Source: Anaerolineales bacterium (lineage in GTDB: Bacteria > Chloroflexota > Anaerolineae > Anaerolineales > Villigracilaceae). From it: a stretch of DNA of 64,000 nucleotides. Made by a program: the position numbers and the translations under genes. The notes below the pieces were generated by a model that did no database searches, had not been told where the DNA came from, and was given only the letters and a program-made list of their open reading frames with translations. Positions 55,880 to 64,000 of this stretch are shown here, piece after piece; position 1 is the first letter of the stretch, and each line of letters opens with the position of its first letter. The stretch spans positions 803,062 to 867,061 of the forward strand of contig JASGIA010000001.1 of the NCBI GenBank assembly GCA_047602145.1. Direction: 5' to 3'.

Positions 55880-57103
55880 TTATTTTTCTGCACGCAGGGC
55901 TGCAACGGGTTCGAGGCGCGAAGCCATGACTGCCGGATAGAGCCCGGAGAGGATTGTGGCGATAAAGGTCAAGATGGTGACCCGGATGATGTTGTCCGCT
56001 GTCAAACGGGCGCGGATGGTATCGGAGACTAACATGCCGTTCAATCCCATATTGCCGATGTAGTAGCCTTTGATGTTGAACAGGTACACACCGAGCAAGC
56101 CCAGTGCCAGACCCATAACGATGCCACCGATCGCCAGCAGGAAGGACTCCGAGAGGAATAAGCCCATGATGCGAGCGCCTCTCATGCCGATGGCTGCCAG
56201 GATACCGATCTCGCGCGTCCGTTCATAGACCGACATGATCAGGGTATTGATAATGACCGAAACGGTGATGGCAAGGATGATCATGTAAAAGATCCCAATG
56301 TAGCTGTTTGCCAAGGTCTCGAACTCTGTGAGCAGCGCGTTCAGATCTTTCCATGTCTTGACTTCCAGACCGGCTGGAACTTTGATCTGACTTGCAATGC
56401 TATCGGTCAAGGATGTGTCCTTGAGAATGACGAACACGGTACTGGCATGATTTTCAGTCTGTGTGATCGCCTGTGCCTTTGCCAGCGGTAGAAAAACAGT
56501 ACTGCTATCAAAGCCATACGTATTTGTCGTATAAATACCGCGGATGGTGAAGGTCTGTTCCTGTACATCGCCATTGGATGAGTTGACGGAAAGACTAACC
56601 TTGTCACCGGTCTTCAAATGGAGTTTCAACGCGGTCGGTTTGCCGATCAGCAATCCATCACGGTCATCGGCGGTCAGGAAATCTCCTTCGACAGTTCCCT
56701 GACGATACGGATCATTCGCCGCCGATTGCGGATCGATGCCCACGATTTTGACACCAGACGATTCGTCGCCCGTGGAAAGGAATCCGCTGGCGAACAGACG
56801 CGGTGTTGCCGCTTCTACATCACCATTCCTGGCGATGTCACTGGCGATCTGGTCTGGATTTTCAACCAGATCTTCCCACTTAAGACTGGATTTGTTCTCA
56901 TCGTACGATGAGGCTCGTACTTGAAGATGCCCTGATTGCAAGTGGATGGCTGACTCAAGAGCACTGCCAAACTCTCCCTGAATTACGGAAGACATCATTA
57001 TTAACAGAGCCAAACCAACCGCTACCGCCAGTGCAGAGAAGAAACTGCGGCGCTTGTTACGACCGAGATCACGATAAGCCATTTTCAAAATTTGGATCAT
57101 GGT
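55880..57103 (-). CDS. ABC transporter permease, FtsX/MacB-type (4 TM + periplasmic domain)
   Basis: MacB_PCD-like periplasmic segment then the FtsX C-terminal 3-TM bundle. Confidence 0.8.
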   Translation of the reverse strand, partial: TMIQILKMAYRDLGRNKRRSFFSALAVAVGLALLIMMSSVIQGEFGSALESAIHLQSGHLQVRASSYDENKSSLKWEDLVENPDQIASDIARNGDVEAATPRLFASGFLSTGDESSGVKIVGIDPQSAANDPYRQGTVEGDFLTADDRDGLLIGKPTALKLHLKTGDKVSLSVNSSNGDVQEQTFTIRGIYTTNTYGFDSSTVFLPLAKAQAITQTENHASTVFVILKDTSLTDSIASQIKVPAGLEVKTWKDLNALLTEFETLANSYIGIFYMIILAITVSVIINTLIMSVYERTREIGILAAIGMRGARIMGLFLSESFLLAIGGIVMGLALGLLGVYLFNIKGYYIGNMGLNGMLVSDTIRARLTADNIIRVTILTFIATILSGLYPAVMASRLEPVAALRAEK

Positions 57104-57107
57104 ACAC

Positions 57108-58388
57108 CTATACAAAATGCAGGGCTTCCGCAGGCTCGCGGCGACCCGCTTCAATAGCCGGGATCAGCGCCGCAAGCGCAGAAATGATCAAGGTCATAGA
57201 GACCCGCATCGTTATTTTTTCAAGTCCCAGAGTGGGGTAGACCTTATCCTTGACAAGTGCCATATAACTGGCAGCCTGTGTCATATTGCCGAAATCCATC
57301 CCAACCTTCCCCAGATAACCGTTGAACGCCAGCCCCAGCGCGATGCCCGCGACAACACCGACCAATCCGATCATGATGCCTTCGAGAACGAACAGCACGG
57401 AGATCTGTCTCGGGTAAAGTCCTATTGCGCCGAGCACGCCAATCTCACGAGTCCGCTCGTAGATCGCCATCAACAGCAGGTTGAGAATACCGACACCTGC
57501 GATGGCGATGATGATCACGCTAAAGACGTTCATCACACCGGTCTTGGAAGTGATGGCATTGGCAAGATCAGGATAGTTCGCCTCGAACAATTCGATCTCA
57601 TACCCGGAGAGCTTAGAATTCAATCCGGCAATGACTCCATCTTCCTGACCCACATGCTGGAGGAAGATCGCTACTTCCGTAGGAGCGGTCATCTCGTAGA
57701 GCGACTTCGCTTCGTTCAGAGAAATGTACACGGTCTGCTTTTCGATATCCGCCATGCCGAGATCGTAGATGCCCACGATGGTCATCGTGCGCTGACGCAT
57801 CTCTTTGTGCTGGGAACGTCCCACCATCGTAATGCGGTCGCCGAGCTTGACGTTCATGGCGTCAGCCAGTCCCTTGCCGATCAACAGGCTGTCGGTGTCA
57901 TCGCTGGTGATGTTGCGTCCCTCGGTCACATACTGACCGATGATGTTCACCTTGATCTCTTTTTCAGGCTCGATACCGGTAATGCCCACGGCAAAAGCGC
58001 CTTCGCGGCTGGTGACTAATCCGCCGGTGGTAATGCGTTCTGTTGCTGCCAGAACCAGTGGGTTCGATTCCGCAGCGCTGACCACAGACTGAGCGTCTGC
58101 CAGCGGCAGCAGGGGAGTGGAATTCGCCTGAGAGCGATACCCTTCGGCATGGACCTGGATGTTGCCACCCATCACTTTCACGGCGTTCCCGTAAATTGCA
58201 TCGGTGAAGCCATTCATCAATCCGTCATACCACATCATCAACGCGAGCGTTAACGACATGGCAAGGACGATGATGACTGTCCGGCGTTTGTGCCGCCAGA
58301 TGTTGCGCCAGGCAAGGCGCAGATATAGATTTATTGCTGTCTCCTTTCGAACGTACTTGCTAAATTTTTCATTTTGTCTTTCTTTCAA
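57108..58388 (-). CDS. ABC transporter permease, FtsX/MacB-type
   Basis: Same architecture as the downstream permease; the two are probably a hetero-pair. Confidence 0.8.
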   Translation of the reverse strand: MKERQNEKFSKYVRKETAINLYLRLAWRNIWRHKRRTVIIVLAMSLTLALMMWYDGLMNGFTDAIYGNAVKVMGGNIQVHAEGYRSQANSTPLLPLADAQSVVSAAESNPLVLAATERITTGGLVTSREGAFAVGITGIEPEKEIKVNIIGQYVTEGRNITSDDTDSLLIGKGLADAMNVKLGDRITMVGRSQHKEMRQRTMTIVGIYDLGMADIEKQTVYISLNEAKSLYEMTAPTEVAIFLQHVGQEDGVIAGLNSKLSGYEIELFEANYPDLANAITSKTGVMNVFSVIIIAIAGVGILNLLLMAIYERTREIGVLGAIGLYPRQISVLFVLEGIMIGLVGVVAGIALGLAFNGYLGKVGMDFGNMTQAASYMALVKDKVYPTLGLEKITMRVSMTLIISALAALIPAIEAGRREPAEALHFV

Positions 58389-58508
58389 TATCCTACATAA
58401 GTAATTCTTACTTAGCCACAGAGTTCACAGAGATCTTTGACACCGTACCTGCGGTCGGCGCAGGTGGAAAAATCTCTTTCTCTCTGTGTTCTCTGTGGCA
58501 AAGAAACT

Positions 58509-61073
58509 TCATTCATAGCGTAATGCTTCCACAACATTCATTCCCGCCGCCTGGCGTGCAGGGATGAATGCCGCGAAGGCACCGAATAACAAACCAATGG
58601 CAACGCCTGCCAGAATGCCGCTTGCCGGGAAAACGTATCCCAAGGGAAAGATGTCTTCCATGGCAACAACCAGTACATAACCCAGATAGAGACCACCCAA
58701 AATGCCAAGAGCGGTACCGATGGCAGCCAGCAACAACGCTTCTGCCACCACCATCGTGCGCACTTGTTTGCGCGTCCCGCCAGCCGCACGGATCATGCCG
58801 ATCTCGCGCGTGCGTTCGATAACGCTGATGGTCAATGTATTGAGCATGGCGATCAAGGATGGGACCGCCAGCAATAGGAAAATGAAATACAAGCCGCTAA
58901 AGGCTGCATCCATTTGGGATTTCAAGGAGTTGTAGTACTCTGTACCTGAAACGACTTTGAAGGTCGGGTAATTTTCAGCCAGAGCGCGAATCGCTGAATC
59001 GGCAGCGGCACGGTCGGCGTTCTGTTTTAAATTCAGTTGAATAAAGACATCCTCTGTCACGCCAAAATCTGTTTGCATGTTGTTTTGCGAGATGAAGCCG
59101 GTGACCACTTTGGCATTTAACATGTCGGTCGCTATGGCAACGATCTGATAAGTTAACGTGCCATTGGGAGTGACGATCTCGATCGTGTCGCCAACTTTTT
59201 TACCGAGCGCGTTGCTCATCGCTCCATTGATGATCATATTGCGTCCCTCGTTCAGGGAAGCATAAGTGGATCCCTCTCCAGTGTAGCGAGAGTCCTGGAA
59301 GTAGAATCCGGATACATCTGGGTAAGAAGCGGGGTCAATTCCCAGGATGGAGATAGCCTGACCGTTTGCCGTCGCACTGGCAAAGCGCAGAGAACTGACC
59401 AGGTCCACGCCTTCCACCGCTCTAAGTTGGTCGGAAAATTCCGATTTTGCGGGCACATTGCTGCCCCAGATGGCAATTGAGGGCGGCACAAAGATGTAGT
59501 CGCTGCCGAGGTTGTCGCGGGTGATTTCGTAGATCACGGTTGTCAGGCTCGAGATCATGCCGCCGATCGCCACAATGATCGCCAGTGCCAGCATACTCGT
59601 GCTGGCAGTGACCGCCACACGTGAAGGTTGTCGCGTAACGTTGCCCTGCGCCAGTTCACCGATGCCTCGTTTGGCATAGAACAATGCGATCACACGACCA
59701 AAGACCAGCGCAAACGGACGGATCAACGCCGGGGCGACTAACACCAAGCCTAATAGGAAGAACAATCCACCGGGCAGAATGAACACAGGCTTGCCGCTGA
59801 GGATGGCAAGGATGGTAAGGATGATAATGACCATGCCTCCTGCGAAGCCGAAACCTGTTTGCCGTTCAAATTGCGTTTCTGCCATCAAGGGACGCAACGC
59901 TTCGAGCGGAGTCACCTTGCTGGCGTTGAGCGCGGGGATCAGCCCTGCGATGACAGTGACGCCCACGCCGAGGAGAATCGAGCCGAATAGAAGAGTGGGC
60001 GTGACGACAGGCGCACCGAGATTCAAGTTTACGAAGTTACTCATGAATGGCTGGACGATGCGCGTGGTACCTAATGCAAAGAGATATCCGAGGAGCAATC
60101 CAAGCACTGTACCAGTAATGCCTTGCAAAAGTCCTTCTGCTAGGATGATGCCGATCACCGTGCGGCGATTGGCTCCCAGGGCGCGCAGCAAACCGATATC
60201 ACGGCGACGTTCCGCAATGATGGTGCGGAAGGTGTTGAAGATGATGAAACCGCCCATAAAAAGCGCCAGCACACCAAAAATGTTGAACATCGTTTGTGCC
60301 AGTCTCAGCGAGGCGAACATTTCTGTTCCTGAGAGCAATGTGCCAACATGGTATTCATTGCCCAAGGCAGTTTCGATATTCTTTTGCACTTCGGCGCGGC
60401 GTGCTTCCATTGCCGTTGTTTCGGTGTTGATGCTGATCGTGTTGACCTTGCCGAGCGCATTGGTCATGGACTGTGCCTGCGGCAGATTGACCCAAACATT
60501 TTCATTGCCGGGTGTGATCTGGGCGGGCAGGATGCCAACAACGGTTAACTCTGTTGTGCCTTCCACGCTGGGAATGCGGAATGTATCGCCAACGTTTACT
60601 TCAAGTGAGTTTGCCAGCGTGCGTGAGATCAAGGCAGAATTGGTATCGCCCGTTTCGAGATAACGTCCTTCGACCATCGTGAAGGCACGCAGGGAGCGTT
60701 CCATTTCGGGTTCAATGCCCACGAGGGAGAGGACAGTTACAGTATCTGGCTTGGTTGAATCTTTATCGAAGAAATCTGCCGGGATATTGACTGTGCGCGT
60801 GAGGGATGGCGCGTACACGCGGACACCATCTACTCCTTGCAGTTTGTCTGCCATAGCTTGTGGGAAGGGTTCACCAGAAACATGGGTAACACTGTAATCG
60901 ACGGCGCCTTCCGCGCCCTGCACATTGACCTGTAAGGCGTTGAGCATGGTCGGCAGAATGAGATTCATGCCAAAGATCACCAGCACACCGAATACCACGG
61001 CGAGGGTGGTCAGGAACGTGCGTAATTTACGCCCGTTCAAATAACGAGCGGCAAGGGTCAACTGGAGATTCAT
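58509..61073 (-). CDS. large duplicated FtsX-type ABC permease (2 x [periplasmic domain + FtsX TM bundle], 854 aa)
   Basis: Two internal repeats, each ending in an FtsX-like 3-TM bundle. Confidence 0.8.
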   Translation of the reverse strand: MNLQLTLAARYLNGRKLRTFLTTLAVVFGVLVIFGMNLILPTMLNALQVNVQGAEGAVDYSVTHVSGEPFPQAMADKLQGVDGVRVYAPSLTRTVNIPADFFDKDSTKPDTVTVLSLVGIEPEMERSLRAFTMVEGRYLETGDTNSALISRTLANSLEVNVGDTFRIPSVEGTTELTVVGILPAQITPGNENVWVNLPQAQSMTNALGKVNTISINTETTAMEARRAEVQKNIETALGNEYHVGTLLSGTEMFASLRLAQTMFNIFGVLALFMGGFIIFNTFRTIIAERRRDIGLLRALGANRRTVIGIILAEGLLQGITGTVLGLLLGYLFALGTTRIVQPFMSNFVNLNLGAPVVTPTLLFGSILLGVGVTVIAGLIPALNASKVTPLEALRPLMAETQFERQTGFGFAGGMVIIILTILAILSGKPVFILPGGLFFLLGLVLVAPALIRPFALVFGRVIALFYAKRGIGELAQGNVTRQPSRVAVTASTSMLALAIIVAIGGMISSLTTVIYEITRDNLGSDYIFVPPSIAIWGSNVPAKSEFSDQLRAVEGVDLVSSLRFASATANGQAISILGIDPASYPDVSGFYFQDSRYTGEGSTYASLNEGRNMIINGAMSNALGKKVGDTIEIVTPNGTLTYQIVAIATDMLNAKVVTGFISQNNMQTDFGVTEDVFIQLNLKQNADRAAADSAIRALAENYPTFKVVSGTEYYNSLKSQMDAAFSGLYFIFLLLAVPSLIAMLNTLTISVIERTREIGMIRAAGGTRKQVRTMVVAEALLLAAIGTALGILGGLYLGYVLVVAMEDIFPLGYVFPASGILAGVAIGLLFGAFAAFIPARQAAGMNVVEALRYE

Positions 61074-61093
61074 GGGTAAAGTTCTTTCGTAAT

Positions 61094-61161
61094 CAGGTAG
61101 ACAGGTAGATATGTGGTCTTCGATCTTCCCGTGTACGAGTTTCCTTGTTTACTTGTCTAGT
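61094..61161 (-). promoter_or_regulatory. GGTAGACAGGTAGAT / inverted TTGTTTACTTGTCTAG motif pair in the ATPase-permease intergenic region
   Basis: Same GTAGACAGGTA(AACAA) motif as upstream of the ECF sigma gene at 30917..31006. Confidence 0.45.
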
Positions 61162-61901
61162 TTCCTTATCTTGTCCACAACTGTGTCAGCATTCTTTCCG
61201 CTGTTGCCATTCTTACGGTCAAGGAAGGTTTCATCCACCACCTTGCCATCTTTGAGGAAGATGATGCGGTCGGCATAGGCGGCGATGCGTGGATCATGGG
61301 TGACCATGACTACAGTTCGTTTGTATTCTTTGGAGACATTGCGCAGCAGACTGGCGATCTCATCGCTGGAGCGCGTATCGAGATTGCCGGTGGGTTCGTC
61401 AGCCAGGATCAGGTCCGGTTCAGCGACCAGGGCGCGGGCAATGGCGACGCGCTGCTGCTGTCCACCGGAGAGTTGATCGGGACGATTGGCGAGTTGATCC
61501 GCCAGCCCAAATTTGGTCAGCCATTCGATGGCTTTTGCTTTCGCCTCCGCCGGTTTCACACCATCCAGCGTGACCGGCAGCGCGGCATTTTCTGTCGCAT
61601 TCAAAACAGGAATGAGATTGAAGAATTGGAAAATAAACCCGATCCTGCGTCGGCGCAGTTCGGTGAGTTTGTCATCGTTGAGGTCGCTCAGGTTGTGACC
61701 GCCGATCAGAACCTGACCTTCACTGGGTTTATCCAATCCACCGAGCAAATGCAACAGCGTGGATTTCCCGCAGCCGCTGGGTCCCATGATGGCGACGAAT
61801 TCACCTTCCTTGATGGTGAGGTTAACGTGATCGAGCGCCGTGATAGCGGTCGCGCCGGAACCGTAAATTTTTGTCAGTTTTTCAACTTGCACATTAGACA
61901 T
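61149..61901 (-). CDS. ABC transporter ATP-binding protein, MacB/LolD-type (second ATPase)
   Basis: Walker [10 protein letters not shown], signature [15 protein letters not shown], Walker B ILADEPT. Confidence 0.9.
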   Translation of the reverse strand: MSNVQVEKLTKIYGSGATAITALDHVNLTIKEGEFVAIMGPSGCGKSTLLHLLGGLDKPSEGQVLIGGHNLSDLNDDKLTELRRRRIGFIFQFFNLIPVLNATENAALPVTLDGVKPAEAKAKAIEWLTKFGLADQLANRPDQLSGGQQQRVAIARALVAEPDLILADEPTGNLDTRSSDEIASLLRNVSKEYKRTVVMVTHDPRIAAYADRIIFLKDGKVVDETFLDRKNGNSGKNADTVVDKIRKLDK

Positions 61902-61943
61902 GGTCTTTCTCCATCGTAGAAATAAAAAGCAACGTTGTATCTC

Positions 61944-62579
61944 TCAGTCAGTCATTCCATTACCGTTCCCGTTGGGTGGAGGATAGGTCGATCCGCTATC
62001 CACTTTCTTGGGGCGTCCACGTTTGCGGATCTCGGGCTCAGGAATCGGCTGGTCTTTAATGGCTTCCAACCGCATTTCGATCATGTCGAGCCAGCGCAGG
62101 TCCGCCTCGAGATGCATGATGGCTTTATCCACCAGCAGGATCTGTGCCATCTCCATTTGCGGGTCGAATGCATCGCGCTGGGTAGTCGCATCGTGCAATT
62201 CCTGATACAACCGTGAACGCTGGGTCTGGATGACGCGTGCCGGGTCTGCTTCACCTGAGACCAGTCCGATCATCAGTTTGACAAAGAACTCGTCACGCTG
62301 GTGTTCGGTTGCTACACCCTCATCGAACCAGCCTTTCAGGGCATCACGACCATCATCAGTGATGGCGTAGATGCGGCGGTCTGGTTCGCGTCCCTCGCCG
62401 AGATCGGACTCGGTCGCTACCAGTCCTGATTCTTCCAACCGTTCAAGCGTGGTGTAGATTTGCGCCGGCTTCACATCCCAGGTTGCTTCGCCGACAACCG
62501 CCGAGAACGCGGCATGTAATTCATAGCCGTGACGGGGTTTTTGAGCGAGTAATCCCAAAATGGCGTTTCGTACAGACAA
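61944..62579 (-). CDS. PadR-family transcriptional regulator with C-terminal extension (TTG start)
   Basis: Winged-helix PadR N-terminal domain (AILGLLAQKPRHGYEL…IYTTLERLEESGLV) and a 110-aa C-terminal helical tail. Confidence 0.8.
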   Translation of the reverse strand: MSVRNAILGLLAQKPRHGYELHAAFSAVVGEATWDVKPAQIYTTLERLEESGLVATESDLGEGREPDRRIYAITDDGRDALKGWFDEGVATEHQRDEFFVKLMIGLVSGEADPARVIQTQRSRLYQELHDATTQRDAFDPQMEMAQILLVDKAIMHLEADLRWLDMIEMRLEAIKDQPIPEPEIRKRGRPKKVDSGSTYPPPNGNGNGMTD

Positions 62580-62597
62580 CTGATTTCTCCAGAAAAT

Positions 62598-62663
62598 AAA
62601 TAGTATACAGGTTACTAATTATCAAACGAGCAAAATAATATACGAGTTACTATTTTTTGTCAA
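62598..62663 (-). promoter_or_regulatory. padR promoter (TTGACA-N15/16-TATATT) overlapped by two 22-bp direct repeats AATAGTATACAGGTTACTAATT / AATAATATACGAGTTACTATTT
   Basis: Repeat 2 lies between the -35 and -10 boxes and repeat 1 just downstream, the classic position for an autorepressor. Confidence 0.5.
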
Positions 62664-62790
62664 GGTGATTAAATACACATTTGGACGTTTTTTCTATAAA
62701 TTCCCGCCTTTCTTCCACCTCGTTCCCAGGCGAAACGAAAAAGGTCTTTGAGTAGGAAACTACTCAAAGACCTCCAACAATTAATTTGTC

Positions 62791-63597
62791 TTACAACTTG
62801 TAATAGAGCAGCCGATGCGCCTTGTTGGCAACTTCAATATTCCGCGTCAGACGGAACATGAAACGGTAGAACCAATCCAGCCGGTCGAGATCCGGGTCCC
62901 TGCTGAAGAACCATTCTTCTTTAAAATGGATGCCCATTCCCCAGCCTTCTATCTCACGCGGATCATCGATCCCCCAATGGATGGTCGCTCCCGTCTTCTT
63001 GAGAGATGGATGCGCCTGAATACGTTCCACTGCCATTTTGCTGAAGGCGTCGAAGACCATCTCACAGCCGGGGAATTTCTCCTGCAAGCGCAGGAACAAC
63101 GCACTCACATCGCTCTCATGCAGGTACATCAATAAACCTTCCATGACAACGAAAACAGGTCTGCCTTGCGTATTGACCTGATCCATCCACGATAGCGTGG
63201 TCACTGACGAAGCGATCATGCGATAGGACTCAGTCTCGGGATAAAACTTTTTTCGCAGCGCGATCACATCCGGCATATCCAGATCGATCCACTTCGCAGA
63301 AGGATGTGTCACCCGTTCGCAACGACTGTCCAATCCGCAGCCGAGATGCAGGATCAATGCATTTGGGTGCGCCGCAATAAATTGACGCGTATATGCATCC
63401 AACTGCTTGGCACGAATGCGCAACGTGACAGCGGTCTTCTTCGGAGTCTTGAGCAGCGCAAAATCGTAGTCGACACTGTTCAGTATCTGACGTGCTTTTA
63501 CATCATCGAACAGCGGATTGTCCTGCGCCTTGGAATACAACGGAATGAGCAAGGTCTCCTGCTCTTTCGTCAAGGTAACTTTTTCTTTGGTGTTCAT
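62791..63597 (-). CDS. class I SAM-dependent O-methyltransferase, LCM/TcmP-like family
   Basis: LILHLGCGLDSR SAM-binding motif I; 268 aa. Confidence 0.65.
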   Translation of the reverse strand: MNTKEKVTLTKEQETLLIPLYSKAQDNPLFDDVKARQILNSVDYDFALLKTPKKTAVTLRIRAKQLDAYTRQFIAAHPNALILHLGCGLDSRCERVTHPSAKWIDLDMPDVIALRKKFYPETESYRMIASSVTTLSWMDQVNTQGRPVFVVMEGLLMYLHESDVSALFLRLQEKFPGCEMVFDAFSKMAVERIQAHPSLKKTGATIHWGIDDPREIEGWGMGIHFKEEWFFSRDPDLDRLDWFYRFMFRLTRNIEVANKAHRLLYYKL

Positions 63598-63726
63598 AAT
63601 GGTGACTCCTTCCTAGATGATATTAAGAATAACGTATAACGAGTTTCCTGAGACTGTCCATTAGGATAGGTGTAGTCATTTAATGGAAGACCAAAGCTGG
63701 TACTACGTTGATAGTTGAGATGGTTT

Positions 63727-64000
63727 TTAGAAGTTATACCGCAGCATCAATCCCATATTCTTCAACGCGGGGATCAATGCTAACACGCGCAAGACTGCCT
63801 TCATGCCACCGGACATCTTCTTGATGTTCGGGAAATCCTTATCCATCACGCTCAAATTGGTCATCAACTTGATGCGCGGATTCCACCTCTCCAACTCGTG
63901 GACATCGTCAATTCCCCACCACATTCTGGCACCGGTGGCACTGATGCCCACGTTCGTCTTTTGCATCTTCAAATAGCGTTTGCTGATGGCATCGAACATG
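63727..64000 (-). CDS. C-terminal part of a second TcmP/LCM-like methyltransferase paralog (gene continues past window end)
   Basis: …MWWGIDDVHELERWNPRIKLM… parallels …IHWGIDDPREIEGWGMGIHF… of the neighbouring methyltransferase. Confidence 0.5.
   Translation of the reverse strand, partial: MFDAISKRYLKMQKTNVGISATGARMWWGIDDVHELERWNPRIKLMTNLSVMDKDFPNIKKMSGGMKAVLRVLALIPALKNMGLMLRYNF

Overview
The window is about 64 kb of a GC-rich bacterial chromosome (roughly 55-60% GC by eye, taxon not determinable from sequence alone) that is densely coding on both strands.

Content in order:
- **(1) Phosphate/polyphosphate cluster.** pstS-pstC-pstA(partial) on the minus strand, then phoU, a Ppx/GppA-HD exopolyphosphatase, a CHAD protein, a SixA-like phosphohistidine phosphatase and PPK1 on the plus strand, with PhoR/PhoP(PhoB) convergent. 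11-bp periodic PHO boxes sit upstream of pstS and phoU.
- **(2) Translation and housekeeping genes.** TrmH-family methyltransferase, infC (non-AUG ATC start), rpmI, rplT, thrS behind a T-box leader, tRNA-Val(GAC), rlmD/rumA, proC.
- **(3) Regulatory genes.** Two ECF sigma loci, one with an anti-sigma gene split by an in-frame TAG.
- **(4) Membrane genes.** A flotillin/SPFH gene next to a tandem-RCK ion-channel gene.
- **(5) Mobile elements.** Two REP-associated tyrosine transposase (RAYT/IS200-like) genes, each flanked by its own family of REP-like palindromes, with extra dispersed copies acting as terminators. An IS630 element with an A7 frameshift site is inserted into the 3' end of a pentapeptide-repeat gene.
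- **(6) Carbohydrate cluster.** SIS protein, GH38 alpha-mannosidase, GNAT and GH4, bracketed by MITE-like 'GTCATTCTGAGCG' inverted-repeat elements and preceded by a ~490-bp AT-rich island.
- **(7) Exporter operon.** A PadR-headed operon with two MacB/LolD-type ATPases, three FtsX-type permeases and two HlyD adaptors.

At least six genes carry apparent frameshifts or an in-frame stop (PHP protein, adenylate cyclase, rlmD, anti-sigma, ABC-F, GH38). That suggests either indel errors in the assembly or real pseudogenisation.

The most system-like novelties I see are:
- a shared 'ACAGGTWA' repeat array linking the PadR/ABC exporter operon to an ECF sigma promoter;
- the SixA-between-CHAD-and-PPK1 polyP module;
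- a HicB-like/macro-domain gene pair;
- two small paralogous membrane peptides flanking the PHP gene.

Note: at one place (about 36.1 kb) the printed sequence and the ORF track disagree by one base, so hand-derived coordinates may be off by 1.
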